Below the pieces are notes generated by a model. The model saw only the letters and a list, made by a program, of their open reading frames with translations. It was not told the origin of the DNA and did no database searches. This document shows, in pieces, positions 22,583 through 32,351 of a stretch of DNA of 64,000 nucleotides (position 1 is the first letter of the stretch; the number at the start of each line of letters is the position of its first letter). Both the position numbers and the translations under genes were made by a program. Source of the stretch: Candidatus Saccharimonadales bacterium (GTDB taxonomy: Bacteria; Patescibacteriota; Saccharimonadia; Saccharimonadales; UBA4665); NCBI GenBank assembly GCA_035479135.1, contig DATIIY010000003.1, forward strand, positions 42,302 to 106,301, given 5' to 3'.

Positions 22583-23263
22583 CTAAAAATTTTTCGGCAT
22601 GCTCTTTACCAGTTGAGTACCGCGCCACAATAATCCATACATACTTAATAAAATAATGAAAAAACTGATTACCGTGGTGATCATTTCCGGATAGCTGGAA
22701 GGATGTTCTAAGCGGTCGGAAACATCGAAAAGCAGACCACCGGGGTTCGTCAAAATATCCCAACTATTCCAGCGTAAATCTCGCCCAATATAGACTGCAC
22801 CGCTACAAATAAATAGCGTAACAGCCACTCCAATACCGGCAATTGTCGGATTAATTTGATTTCTAACCCTCATATGCAGTAAATACAAACTACTAAACCC
22901 TAACGCTACTCCCGTGTAAATGAAGGAAGTGAACATTAAAGTGTCATATAAAATATCGACTCGCTGGACTTCCTGCAAGTGAATAAAATCACTTATCATA
23001 TAGAAACTATTTGGTAGCAGTACCAGCCATAACAAAAACAGCAAAAGGGCTTCCCAACTAGACCATATTTTAAGTTTTAGAACTTTGATTAAACGAATGG
23101 CTATTAACAACGGCAACCAGGCTAAAATCAGATTCCAGATCAAATAACTAAAATCCAGACTATGATTTTGCCAGGCTCCATAACTAAATAGACCAATACT
23201 TACCAATGTCGAAGCCACCAGCGTTAGGATAAACTGATCGCGGGACGATCGCCACCTAATCAT
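22583..23263 (-). CDS. DUF1361 family membrane protein
   Basis: 226 aa, polytopic. The motifs IWNLILAWLPLL and LPNSFYMISDFIHL match DUF1361. Confidence 0.65.
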   Translation of the reverse strand: MIRWRSSRDQFILTLVASTLVSIGLFSYGAWQNHSLDFSYLIWNLILAWLPLLIAIRLIKVLKLKIWSSWEALLLFLLWLVLLPNSFYMISDFIHLQEVQRVDILYDTLMFTSFIYTGVALGFSSLYLLHMRVRNQINPTIAGIGVAVTLFICSGAVYIGRDLRWNSWDILTNPGGLLFDVSDRLEHPSSYPEMITTVISFFIILLSMYGLLWRGTQLVKSMPKNF

Positions 23264-23287
23264 AATCTTTTAAGTATAACAGTTAGT

Positions 23288-23452
23288 CTATCTGGATAGA
23301 GTTTTACCGGCGGCAATCGAGTCCGCATTCTGACTAACATATTGATAAGTTGCGTTTAATTGCTGAGCCTGATTAAGTACCAAATCAGTGGTATGCATTA
23401 AAACGTAAACATATCCCCCAACCAAAACTCCTAGAATCAAGAATAGCCTCAT
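23288..23452 (-). CDS. possible small membrane-anchored protein (54 aa, below the ORF-track cutoff)
   Basis: Manual translation gives MRLFLILGVLVGGYVYVLMHTTDLVLNQAQQLNATYQYVSQNADSIAAGKTLSR. It fills an otherwise empty 246-nt gap. No clear SD. Confidence 0.3.
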   Translation of the reverse strand: MRLFLILGVLVGGYVYVLMHTTDLVLNQAQQLNATYQYVSQNADSIAAGKTLSR

Positions 23453-23509
23453 AATGCCTACTTATACCAGGCGTCGTACCCCAGATGCAAGCATAGGCGT
23501 CTTAAGGTT

Positions 23510-24541
23510 TTAGGTAGCGAGTTGCTGTTTGAGTTTTTCAACCAGGTCTACGGGAGTCGGGTTGAGGCCGTTTAATAAGGCCACATATAGGCTAACGAAA
23601 TCTCCAAAGTTTGATGACCATAGGAGTTGTTTAATTAGCGTTTCGCCTTCCGGCTTTACTACATTTGGAGATGGCCTTTTGCCGGAAAGTAGTCTTTCGG
23701 AGGCGTCGAATCGCTTCTGGACACGCTTGTTTTCCAGATCGGAACGTATTTCAATTACTGCGTAGGGCTTCTGAACGGGGTGGCTGGTCCAACCTATAAA
23801 TTCGTTATGGTTGAACTCCGGATACTGATTGGTCCAGGCAACATTTTTGGCATTTTCATTGAAGCAAATTTTCCATTTATTGGCTGCCGGGAAAAGTTTC
23901 GGCCCGCTATATACCACTACTGATTTGCCGATTAGTTCGAGCGCCAGTATTTTGGCCGAATTTTGTTTGGTTGGCTCGTCCGGTCGCCAATTTGCAATTT
24001 GGTCTTTTAACCATTCGCCGGATTTACGAAGTTCAGCCAGTTTGCCGGAAACGGTTAGCCCTAACGGCTCCAGGATTTGCAAAAACGCGGCTAAAAAGTA
24101 GAATGAACACATCCGTGGCTGAATGCCGCTTGGAATATTAAAAAACGGGTAGTTCTTAGCTTTGGCACGTTCGGCCAGCTTACCGCCAGCAGCAATTACT
24201 ATTATTACTGCTCCCTTGGCTTCGGCGTCATCAAGTGCTGATAAAGTTTCCTCAGTATTGCCAGAATAACTAGAAGAAATTACTAGAGTTTTCTCCCCAA
24301 CGTAATCTGGCAAACTGTAATCTCTGACAATTTCAAACGGTACTAATGTGCCCGGCCAGGAACGTAAAAATACGCCTGGTAGAGCCGACCCGCCCATTCC
24401 TGCCAACACCACATTTAATAATCCCTCCAAGCGTGGTAATTCAACTTCGAAATCATGCGTCAGTTGTTGCCATTGCTTTTCGGCTACCCCCAGCGCATCC
24501 TGAGCATCGCGCTCGTGAATCATTTTTAGATCGTCCAGCAT
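23510..24541 (-). CDS. bifunctional phosphoglucose/phosphomannose isomerase (SIS domain)
   Basis: 343 aa. SIS motifs GMGGSALPG and ISSSYSGNTEET. The C-terminal PGI/PMI-type region carries the EFNHNE motif. Confidence 0.72.
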   Translation of the reverse strand: MLDDLKMIHERDAQDALGVAEKQWQQLTHDFEVELPRLEGLLNVVLAGMGGSALPGVFLRSWPGTLVPFEIVRDYSLPDYVGEKTLVISSSYSGNTEETLSALDDAEAKGAVIIVIAAGGKLAERAKAKNYPFFNIPSGIQPRMCSFYFLAAFLQILEPLGLTVSGKLAELRKSGEWLKDQIANWRPDEPTKQNSAKILALELIGKSVVVYSGPKLFPAANKWKICFNENAKNVAWTNQYPEFNHNEFIGWTSHPVQKPYAVIEIRSDLENKRVQKRFDASERLLSGKRPSPNVVKPEGETLIKQLLWSSNFGDFVSLYVALLNGLNPTPVDLVEKLKQQLAT

Positions 24542-24618
24542 TTTGCCCCCAAATTTCTTGTGCTTTTAATGTAAATTTGTATATAGTATAGCCTAAGCAT
24601 AACTAATTAGGGGGAACG

Positions 24619-25281
24619 ATGTTTGGGCACCATGATGATGACAATCCATCGCAACCAGCTGATGATAGTCAAATCGAAAATACAACTGCTACAGCATCTG
24701 AAGAATCAACCACCCAAACTACTTCTGAATCATCTAATTTGGCGCCACCGACTATCTCGGATCAAACTACTTCCACACCAACTTTAAATGATTCTGCCGA
24801 ACCGACAATTTCAACTGAAAATATGTCAGTGCCCCAATCATTAACTACTTCGCCTGAACCCGAAAAGCAGCCTTCCGAAGATTCGGTTTCACCGGCTGGC
24901 GGATTTCCCAAGCGACCCAGTTTTAATTATCAGGGCGATCCGGCTCCAAGTGAGACTGATGACGGGCCGCCGCCAGTTAATCCAATTTCACAAGGCGTAA
25001 ATAACGATGAGTTAACTCAGGAACTAATTAGCGTCCGACAAAAAGCCTTAATTGAACTAGCACCAATTGTTGACAAACTTGACCTGCCGCCTCTGGAAAA
25101 GTTTCATACTATAATGATGATTATTCAGGTCAGTGACGACGAATCATTTGTTAAAAAAGCTTACGAACTGGCCCACTCGATTCCCGACGAAAAAGACAAA
25201 GCCCAAGCCTTACTAGACATTGTCAACGAAGTAAACTATTTCACGCATCAGCAGGCTGACGGTCAGCCAGCGGTAGTTTAG
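24619..25281 (+). CDS. hypothetical protein with a disordered Ser/Thr/Pro-rich N-terminal half
   Basis: 220-aa ORF with SD-like GGGGGA upstream and a helical C-terminal domain. No family recognised. Confidence 0.45.
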   Translation: MFGHHDDDNPSQPADDSQIENTTATASEESTTQTTSESSNLAPPTISDQTTSTPTLNDSAEPTISTENMSVPQSLTTSPEPEKQPSEDSVSPAGGFPKRPSFNYQGDPAPSETDDGPPPVNPISQGVNNDELTQELISVRQKALIELAPIVDKLDLPPLEKFHTIMMIIQVSDDESFVKKAYELAHSIPDEKDKAQALLDIVNEVNYFTHQQADGQPAVV

Positions 25282-25286
25282 CTAGA

Positions 25287-26939
25287 TTACATCATGCCCA
25301 TGCCGCCGCCCATGTCCGGGGCGCCGCCAGGCATTTCTTTCTTCTCAGGTACTTCAACTACTAGTGAACCCATAGTGGTAGCTGTTCCGGCAATACTTAC
25401 GGCATTCTGAATTGCTTCTTTAGTAACACGGGTTGGGTCGACAATGCCGGCACTTTTCAAATCTATCAGTTTTACGGCCTTATTTACATCAACTCCAAAC
25501 CCTGGCTTACCGTTTTTGACTTGTGGTAGCCATTCATCAGGGTTTAACCCGGCGTTAACCAATAGAATTCTAAAAGGTTGCTCCAGCGCCCGGACCAACA
25601 ACAATTTGCCGGCTGCCACCGAAGTATCATCACTAGGTGAAGTTTTAATGGTGTTAATCAAATTAATCAAGGTAACACCACCACCGGCTACGATACCTTC
25701 GTCCAGAGCTGCTTTGACAGCGTGAACTGCGTCATCAACCCGGAACTTTTTCTCTTCGATTTCAGTTTCAGTTGCACCACCAACTTTAATTACGGCAACT
25801 TTGCCTGATAGCGCAGCCCGGCGCTTTTCCAGATTTTCCTTATCGTATTCACTGGTGGCCTGATCGATTTGAGTATTAATCTGCTTGATGCGGGCCGCCA
25901 CTTCGGTTGGCGATCCACCGCCTTCAATAATTGTAGATTCATCTTTGTTGACGATCACTCGACGGGCTGAACCGACAACATCTATTTCCACGTTTTCAAA
26001 TGTCATTCCCCGGTCTTCAGTTATTACTTGCGCACCGGTTAAAATAGCAATGTCATTTAACACATCTTTGCGCCGATCACCAAATGCCGGGGCTTTAATA
26101 GCTACGGTGTTAAATACTCCTTTAAGCCGGTTTAAAATTAACGTTCCAAGCGCTTCGCCCTCGACATCTTCCGCAATCAAAACCAGATCCTTCTTACCAC
26201 TTTGTGCCAGCTTCTCCAATAACGGCAAAAACTCCTGAATACTGGAAATTTTCATATCGGTTATTACAATGGCAGCCTTATCATAAACAGCTTCCATGCG
26301 GGCCGTATCAGTAACCATGTATGGGCTGACAAAACCGCGGTCAAAAGTAAAACCTTCGACAACTTCGGATTCCAGCTTTAGTCCCTGACCTTCTTCAACG
26401 GTAACCACTCCGTCTTTGCCGACTTTTTCAATAACATCGGCAATCAAATTACCGATTTCACCGTCACCAGCGGAAATCGTGGCCACTTCTGCTACGCGCT
26501 TCTTCTGTCCCTGAATATCTTCAGATAGACTGCCTAATTGAGTAATCGCTTCGTGAGCAGCAGCTTCCAGGCCTTTGCGAAGTTGCAGCGGGCTGTGGCC
26601 GGCGGCAATCAATTTATTAGCTTCATTCAAAATGTGGTAAGTCAGCACAGTTACGGTAGTCGTGCCATCACCAGCTACGTCGTTCATCTTGCTAGCGGCT
26701 TGTTTAATTAACTCGGCGCCCACTTTGTAACCCAATGTTTCGTCATCAACATCTGCCAGATCAACGCCTTTGGCCACCGTCACACCATCATGAGTTACTG
26801 TTGGATTACCGAATGATTTGCCGATAACTACGTTTCGGCCTTTGGGACCCATGGTAGTTTTAACCGCGTTATACAAAATTTCCGCACCGCCCAGTACTCG
26901 CTTCCGGGCATCATCGTCATAAAAAACTTTTTTGGCCAT
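25287..26939 (-). CDS. groL: chaperonin GroEL
   Basis: 550 aa. AAVEEG-type motifs (AVKAALDEGIVAGGG), DGTTT and a C-terminal GGM-repeat tail (GGGMGMM). Confidence 0.97.
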   Translation of the reverse strand: MAKKVFYDDDARKRVLGGAEILYNAVKTTMGPKGRNVVIGKSFGNPTVTHDGVTVAKGVDLADVDDETLGYKVGAELIKQAASKMNDVAGDGTTTVTVLTYHILNEANKLIAAGHSPLQLRKGLEAAAHEAITQLGSLSEDIQGQKKRVAEVATISAGDGEIGNLIADVIEKVGKDGVVTVEEGQGLKLESEVVEGFTFDRGFVSPYMVTDTARMEAVYDKAAIVITDMKISSIQEFLPLLEKLAQSGKKDLVLIAEDVEGEALGTLILNRLKGVFNTVAIKAPAFGDRRKDVLNDIAILTGAQVITEDRGMTFENVEIDVVGSARRVIVNKDESTIIEGGGSPTEVAARIKQINTQIDQATSEYDKENLEKRRAALSGKVAVIKVGGATETEIEEKKFRVDDAVHAVKAALDEGIVAGGGVTLINLINTIKTSPSDDTSVAAGKLLLVRALEQPFRILLVNAGLNPDEWLPQVKNGKPGFGVDVNKAVKLIDLKSAGIVDPTRVTKEAIQNAVSIAGTATTMGSLVVEVPEKKEMPGGAPDMGGGMGMM

Positions 26940-26973
26940 TTATAAACTCCTTCTTAAGTTATTTAATCTAAAT

Positions 26974-27243
26974 TCAACCTTTTACCGTAGCCAGAACATC
27001 TTCTTCTTTGACCAGAATATATTCGTCTTTGCCCAGTTTTATTTCAGTTGTACTATAACTTTTATAAACAATCCTATCGCCGGCTTTAACTTGTTTAGCA
27101 TTAGGTCCGGCCGCCACAACTTTAGCTGTTTTGGGCTTCTCCTGAGCTTTATCCGGTAAATATATTCCACTGGCGGTTTTAGCTGCTGCCTCTTCTTGAG
27201 ACGCCACTATATAGTCGCCTAATGGTTGCAGTTTTGCACTCAT
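26974..27243 (-). CDS. groES: co-chaperonin GroES
   Basis: 89 aa with the mobile loop TASGIYLP. GGAGG SD sits 7 nt upstream. Directly precedes groEL. Confidence 0.95.
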   Translation of the reverse strand: MSAKLQPLGDYIVASQEEAAAKTASGIYLPDKAQEKPKTAKVVAAGPNAKQVKAGDRIVYKSYSTTEIKLGKDEYILVKEEDVLATVKG

Positions 27244-27301
27244 CAGTTAACCTCCGTTTGATTATTCTTAACAGATGCTCTCACGCATTGAACACCTGTT
27301 T

Positions 27302-27328
27302 CTAGCACTCACTATACCCGAGTGCTAA
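27302..27328. promoter_or_regulatory. CIRCE operator (HrcA binding site)
   Basis: CTAGCACTC-N9-GAGTGCTAA differs from the consensus TTAGCACTC-N9-GAGTGCTAA at one position. Lies 59-85 nt upstream of groES. Confidence 0.85.
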
Positions 27329-27340
27329 AAACTCTGTCAA
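27311..27340 (-). promoter_or_regulatory. sigma-70-type promoter of groES-groEL
   Basis: The minus strand reads TTGACA, an 18-nt spacer, then TATAGT. CIRCE overlaps the spacer and -10, the classical arrangement. Confidence 0.6.
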
Positions 27341-28641
27341 GCCCCTTTTAGATTCTCTAGCGCCTGACGGGCCATATCGGCTTCATTCCATGGATGCTCG
27401 CCATCAGCGTGTTCGATAGTTTTTTCGTGCCCCTTACCAAGCAGCAGCACCATATCACCCTTACTGGCACGTCTAACGGCAAAGTTAATGGCTTCGGGCC
27501 GATCATGAACCAAAAACAGATTTTTATTCCGCAGTTTGCCCTCAGACTCAGCACCGGCAGCTATAGCTTCCATAATCGCATGGCCGTCTTCTTGCCGGTC
27601 ATCCTCTTCGCATACGATTACTTCATCAGCATATCTTCCAGCTAATTTGCCCTGCAGCTCGCGCTTCGGTTTGTCGCCCTGCCCTAAAGAGCCAAACAAG
27701 ACTATCATTTTCTGCTCGGCTACCGGTCGCATATCTTTAAATAATTTTTCAAAACTATCGGGTGTGTGGGCATAATCAACAATTACTGTGAAATCTTGGC
27801 CGGTATCAATGTTTGTCATTCTACCTTCGACGCCCTCAAGTGCCTTAATACCGTGCTCAATTTGTTGTCGAGTTAAACCGATGGCGTGTCCCGCACATAG
27901 CGCTGCTAAGGAGTTATAAACATTGACTCGGCCTGAAATCTGGCAATTTATATGATAAATTTCATCTTCTAATGCAGTGCGGTAACTAACGCCACTGGCT
28001 GATAAATTGATATCCGTGGCTTTAATTGCACCTTTATCAATACCATAAGTAATTGGATGCTCAATATCACTGACAAATAAGTCCGCGCTCGGGTCATCGG
28101 CATTCACAATTCCAGTGCGTAAACCACGTTTATTGCGGTTGGTCAGTTTGAATAATTTCCTTTTGGCGTCACGATAGCGTTCAAAAGTCCGATGATAGGC
28201 CAGATGTTCATGCGTCACGTTTGTAATAACCGCAATCGAAAAAGGCACACCCCAGACCCGGTTCTGTGCCAACCCATGACTGGTAGTTTCTAGGACCAAC
28301 CATTCAATTCCTTGCGACTTCATCCACTTCAACCGCTTCATTAGTTCCGGCACACTGACGTTTGTCATATGATGAATTTGCGGAGTTATGTCATTACCTA
28401 CCCCGTATCCAACGGTGGTCATAAGTCCGACTTTGTGACCAGCCTCGTGTAGCATTTTATGGATCAAAAAACAGGTCGTAGTCTTGCCGTTTGTACCGGT
28501 TACTCCAACGACTTTTAGGCCACGGGCCGGGAATCCATTTAGAGTATTAAAAATTATTGCTTCGGCCAAATGCCCATAGGGCTCAATGGCCGCAAACAGG
28601 TTTTTGGGAATAAATTTCTTCACAATTGATCTGATATTCAT
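27337..28641 (-). CDS. Mur ligase family protein (MurE-like, short N-terminal domain)
   Basis: 434 aa. P-loop GVTGTNGKTTT, central-domain DYAHTPDS, and C-terminal LLLGKGHE and EEDDRQED (compare DNPR in MurE). Amino-acid specificity not assignable. Confidence 0.7.
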   Translation of the reverse strand: MNIRSIVKKFIPKNLFAAIEPYGHLAEAIIFNTLNGFPARGLKVVGVTGTNGKTTTCFLIHKMLHEAGHKVGLMTTVGYGVGNDITPQIHHMTNVSVPELMKRLKWMKSQGIEWLVLETTSHGLAQNRVWGVPFSIAVITNVTHEHLAYHRTFERYRDAKRKLFKLTNRNKRGLRTGIVNADDPSADLFVSDIEHPITYGIDKGAIKATDINLSASGVSYRTALEDEIYHINCQISGRVNVYNSLAALCAGHAIGLTRQQIEHGIKALEGVEGRMTNIDTGQDFTVIVDYAHTPDSFEKLFKDMRPVAEQKMIVLFGSLGQGDKPKRELQGKLAGRYADEVIVCEEDDRQEDGHAIMEAIAAGAESEGKLRNKNLFLVHDRPEAINFAVRRASKGDMVLLLGKGHEKTIEHADGEHPWNEADMARQALENLKGA

Positions 28642-28666
28642 ACTGTTTTAAGTATACTGGAATCTA

Positions 28667-29725
28667 ATGAAAGTTCTGGGAATTGAAACCAGTTGTGATG
28701 AGACGGCGGCTGCTGTGGTGCAAGATGGCCGTATAATGCTATCTAACACCGTAGCATCTAGCATGGAACTCCATAAAAAGTTTGGTGGCATCGTGCCGGA
28801 AATCGCCGCCCGTAGCCACATTGAAGTGATCATACCGGTTATTAAACAAGCTTTAAGTGATGCTAAATGCGACTGGCAAGAAATAGATGCTATAGGGGTT
28901 ACTCACGGCGCCGGTCTGGGTGGAAGCTTATTAATCGGCGTGATGACCGCCCGCACCCTGGCAATTGTTCATCAAAAACCGCTATACGCTGTTAATCATG
29001 TTGAAGCTCACGTCTATGCTAACTTCTTAACTGACTCCGCCCTGCCCGGCTACCAGATGCCTGCCAATCAACCGTCTTTTCCCCTGTTGGCAGTTATTAT
29101 ATCCGGCGGTCACAGTCAATTAGTTCTGTTTCACGATCATTTTAAATATCAGATATTAGGTCAGACTCAGGACGATGCCGTCGGCGAAGCTTTTGATAAA
29201 GTGGCCAAGATGCTTGGTCTCCCCTACCCTGGCGGTCCGGCGATTGCCGAAATTGCTAAAAAAGGAAATCCAAAAGCCTTCAGGCTACCAACTGCCCAAA
29301 TGGATAAATACGATTTTAGTTTCTCGGGGTTAAAAACCGCGGTATTACGTCAGGCTCAATCTGAAATAGGTGAAACATACACTTTCCCATCCATAAGGCT
29401 GCCAGAACGCCTCAGTGACTCCCAGAAAGCCGATATTGCTGCCAGTTTTCAATATACTGCTATCAAGACTATTGTTGAGAAAACCAGGCTGGCGTACGAA
29501 GAATTTAAGCCGAAAAGTGTTTTAGTGGCTGGAGGCGTTGCCTCAAATAAGGAGTTAATCCGTCAATTATCGGCTGCCCTGCCCTTGGCCGTGCACAGCC
29601 CCGATCCCAAATTATGTACCGATAATGCTGCAATGGTGGCGGCTCTGGCTTACTTCGAAGCCAGTCACCACCAAGATCCAGCTGATCCCTATAAATTAAC
29701 AATTCATCCTAGCTTATCAATGTAG
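28667..29725 (+). CDS. tsaD: tRNA N6-adenosine threonylcarbamoyltransferase
   Basis: 352 aa. MKVLGIETSCDETAAAV, the SHIE/HVEAH metal site and GGVASN. Confidence 0.95.
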   Translation: MKVLGIETSCDETAAAVVQDGRIMLSNTVASSMELHKKFGGIVPEIAARSHIEVIIPVIKQALSDAKCDWQEIDAIGVTHGAGLGGSLLIGVMTARTLAIVHQKPLYAVNHVEAHVYANFLTDSALPGYQMPANQPSFPLLAVIISGGHSQLVLFHDHFKYQILGQTQDDAVGEAFDKVAKMLGLPYPGGPAIAEIAKKGNPKAFRLPTAQMDKYDFSFSGLKTAVLRQAQSEIGETYTFPSIRLPERLSDSQKADIAASFQYTAIKTIVEKTRLAYEEFKPKSVLVAGGVASNKELIRQLSAALPLAVHSPDPKLCTDNAAMVAALAYFEASHHQDPADPYKLTIHPSLSM

Positions 29726-29774
29726 TTAAACGTTCGTTTTTTGTTCATAGTGGCTACATTATTACAGAGGTGGT

Positions 29775-32351
29775 ATGATGATTGGCATAATGAAGTTACC
29801 AAAAGTCTATGAGCCCCATAAATATGAGGCCGATATTTATGCCTTATGGGAGAAGAGCAGGGCATTTACACCGGCCAGTGGAGACAAACATTTCTCAATT
29901 GTCATGCCGCCACCGAATGCCAATGCCAATCTGCATATTGGCTATGAATTAACGGCTGCTCTAGAGGACATAGCCGCTCGTTATCACCGACAGAGGGGTA
30001 AATCAGTGCTGCTTTTACCCGGTGCTGATCACGCCGGTTTTGAGACTCAATCGGTCTATGAAAACCATTTAGCCAGAGAAGGGAAGAGCCGGTTTGATTT
30101 TTCACGAGAAACGCTTTATCAACAGATATGGGACTTCGTTGCCCAGAACCGCAATCAGTTCGAAGATCAACTGCGTAAAATGGGTGTCAGCTGCGACTGG
30201 TCTAGGTTTACGTTTACGCTGGACGATAAAATTGTTCGACTGGCTTATTCCACGTTTAAAAAAATGTGGGATGAAGGCTTGATTTACAGAGGTGAACGAT
30301 TAGTGAACTTCTGTACTTATCACGGCACGGCTTTCGCTGACATAGAGGTAGTTTTCAAAGAAGAAAAGGGTCATTTATGGCAAATTCGTTACCCGTTAGT
30401 TGACGGCAGCGGGGAAGTAGTCGTCGCTACCACCAGGCCGGAAACCATGCTTGGAGATACGGCTGTGGCAGTCCACCCCAAGGATAATCGTTATACCAAT
30501 ATGATTGGTAAAACTGTAAAATTGCCCCTAACTCTCCGAGAAATTCCAATATTGGCGGATGAGTTCGTTGATATGAAATTTGGTACTGGAGCAGTAAAGA
30601 TTACTCCAGCCCATGACTTTAATGATTTCGAGGTCGGCAAACGTCACGATCTGCCGTTTATATCTGTTATTGACCACGAGGGTAAACTTACAAATGTGCC
30701 GGAAATCTACCGCGGTTTGACAGTTATTGAGGGGCGTAAGAAGGTTATTGCCGATCTGGATAACCAAAACTATCTGATTAAAACCGAACCCTACACACAT
30801 AATGTTGGTCACTGTTACAAATGCGATACGGTGATAGAGCCGCTGCTACGCGAACAATGGTTTGTTAACATGCAACCTCTAGCCAAAGAGGCAATTAAAA
30901 GTCTCAAGGGCGATCAAATAACGTTTTATCCTAACAGCAAAAAGACACAACTAATAACTTATCTGGAGGGCTTAAAAGATTGGAATATCAGCCGCCAGAT
31001 AGCCTGGGGTATTCCCATACCGGCCTTTCAAAATATTGACGACCCCGATGATTGGATTTATGACGATCAAGTGCAGCAGGAAATAATCAAGCATGGCAGT
31101 AAAACTTACAGGCGAGATCCTGATGTGCTGGATACCTGGTTTAGCAGCAGTTCCTGGCCATACTCCACTCTCAACTATCCGGATGGTGAAGATTTTAATA
31201 AGTTTTATCCTTTGAGTCTAATGGAAACCGGCGGTGAAATTCTTTATCCCTGGGTCAGCCGGATGATCATGCTGGGACTCTACATGACTGGCAAAGTTCC
31301 GTTCCATGAAGTATACGTTCATGGCTATGTGATGGCCGAGGATGGCTCCAAAATGGCAAAGTCCGTTGGCAACGTTGTTGATCCCCTGCCGGTTATCAAA
31401 GAGTTTGGCTCAGACGCGCTTAGAATGGGTATAATCAGTGGTCGTTCAGCGGCAGTTAACAGGGGTTATGATCAGCGCAAGGTCGAAGAAGCCCGCAACT
31501 TTTGTAACAAATTGTGGAACATCGCGCGATATGTCGAAGACGTAGTCGGCGATATAACAGATTTCAAAAATCCAATACCTGAAACGATTGCCGATCACTG
31601 GATATTGACTAAATTACAACAGACGCAGAAACGGTTAATGGTTGACCTGGACAAATACCGATTCAGTGATGCTTATGACGCGGTTTATCACTTTGTCTGG
31701 GATGACTTAGCTGATTGGTACGTTGAAGCCAGCAAAGCTGCTCCAAACAAGGCTCTACTGGCATATTTATTGCAATCTGTATTAAAACTGACCCATCCAT
31801 TCGCACCATTTCTAACCGAATCAGTTTGGCAAACGCTGGCTTGGGAATCAGACTCAATTCTGGCCAAGTCCACTCTAGCGCCGATACTCACAAGCGACAA
31901 TAAAAAATCTAAAGATTTCACGGAAATTCAGAATATAGTCAGAGAAGTGCGGTTAATTGCTAGCAATCTAAAAGATTCAGGACTCAGTTTGAATTACATT
32001 GATACACAATTTCTTGCTGAAAACGCTGAAATTATTAAGCAATTGGCTGGAATAAAATCAGTCAGACAAGTGCCCGACGCTAGCACCGGTTTTCGGCTAA
32101 TTACTACCAAATACCCCTGTTGGTTGGAAATTAATAAAGCTACCGCCAAAGCTTATTCAGAGGAGCTGGAAGGGAAGAGAACTAAGCAATCTGCGCTCAT
32201 CAAGCAACTCGAGCGGCGTCTGGCTAATAAGAGTTATACCAGGAACGCACCAAAAGCGGTAGTTGATCAAACACGGCAGCAATTAGCAACCGCCGAAATC
32301 AGCTTAAGCGATATCGTACAGCAACAAAAACGTTTCAGGGACCAGGTCTAA
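29775..32351 (+). CDS. valS: valine--tRNA ligase
   Basis: 858 aa. PPPNANANLHIGY (HIGH), KMAKSVGN (KMSKS) and a C-terminal coiled coil. The start could be the ATG at 29790. Confidence 0.95.
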   Translation: MMIGIMKLPKVYEPHKYEADIYALWEKSRAFTPASGDKHFSIVMPPPNANANLHIGYELTAALEDIAARYHRQRGKSVLLLPGADHAGFETQSVYENHLAREGKSRFDFSRETLYQQIWDFVAQNRNQFEDQLRKMGVSCDWSRFTFTLDDKIVRLAYSTFKKMWDEGLIYRGERLVNFCTYHGTAFADIEVVFKEEKGHLWQIRYPLVDGSGEVVVATTRPETMLGDTAVAVHPKDNRYTNMIGKTVKLPLTLREIPILADEFVDMKFGTGAVKITPAHDFNDFEVGKRHDLPFISVIDHEGKLTNVPEIYRGLTVIEGRKKVIADLDNQNYLIKTEPYTHNVGHCYKCDTVIEPLLREQWFVNMQPLAKEAIKSLKGDQITFYPNSKKTQLITYLEGLKDWNISRQIAWGIPIPAFQNIDDPDDWIYDDQVQQEIIKHGSKTYRRDPDVLDTWFSSSSWPYSTLNYPDGEDFNKFYPLSLMETGGEILYPWVSRMIMLGLYMTGKVPFHEVYVHGYVMAEDGSKMAKSVGNVVDPLPVIKEFGSDALRMGIISGRSAAVNRGYDQRKVEEARNFCNKLWNIARYVEDVVGDITDFKNPIPETIADHWILTKLQQTQKRLMVDLDKYRFSDAYDAVYHFVWDDLADWYVEASKAAPNKALLAYLLQSVLKLTHPFAPFLTESVWQTLAWESDSILAKSTLAPILTSDNKKSKDFTEIQNIVREVRLIASNLKDSGLSLNYIDTQFLAENAEIIKQLAGIKSVRQVPDASTGFRLITTKYPCWLEINKATAKAYSEELEGKRTKQSALIKQLERRLANKSYTRNAPKAVVDQTRQQLATAEISLSDIVQQQKRFRDQV

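Noticed and set aside
22398-22763. 121-aa minus-strand ORF spanning the carB 3' end and the DUF1361 gene
   Set aside because: It overlaps two well-supported genes in different frames, so it is a shadow ORF.
29726-29774. T-box leaders upstream of valS (and of argS at 13467-13508)
   Set aside because: The upstream spacers are only 49 nt and 42 nt, far too short for a T-box riboswitch.
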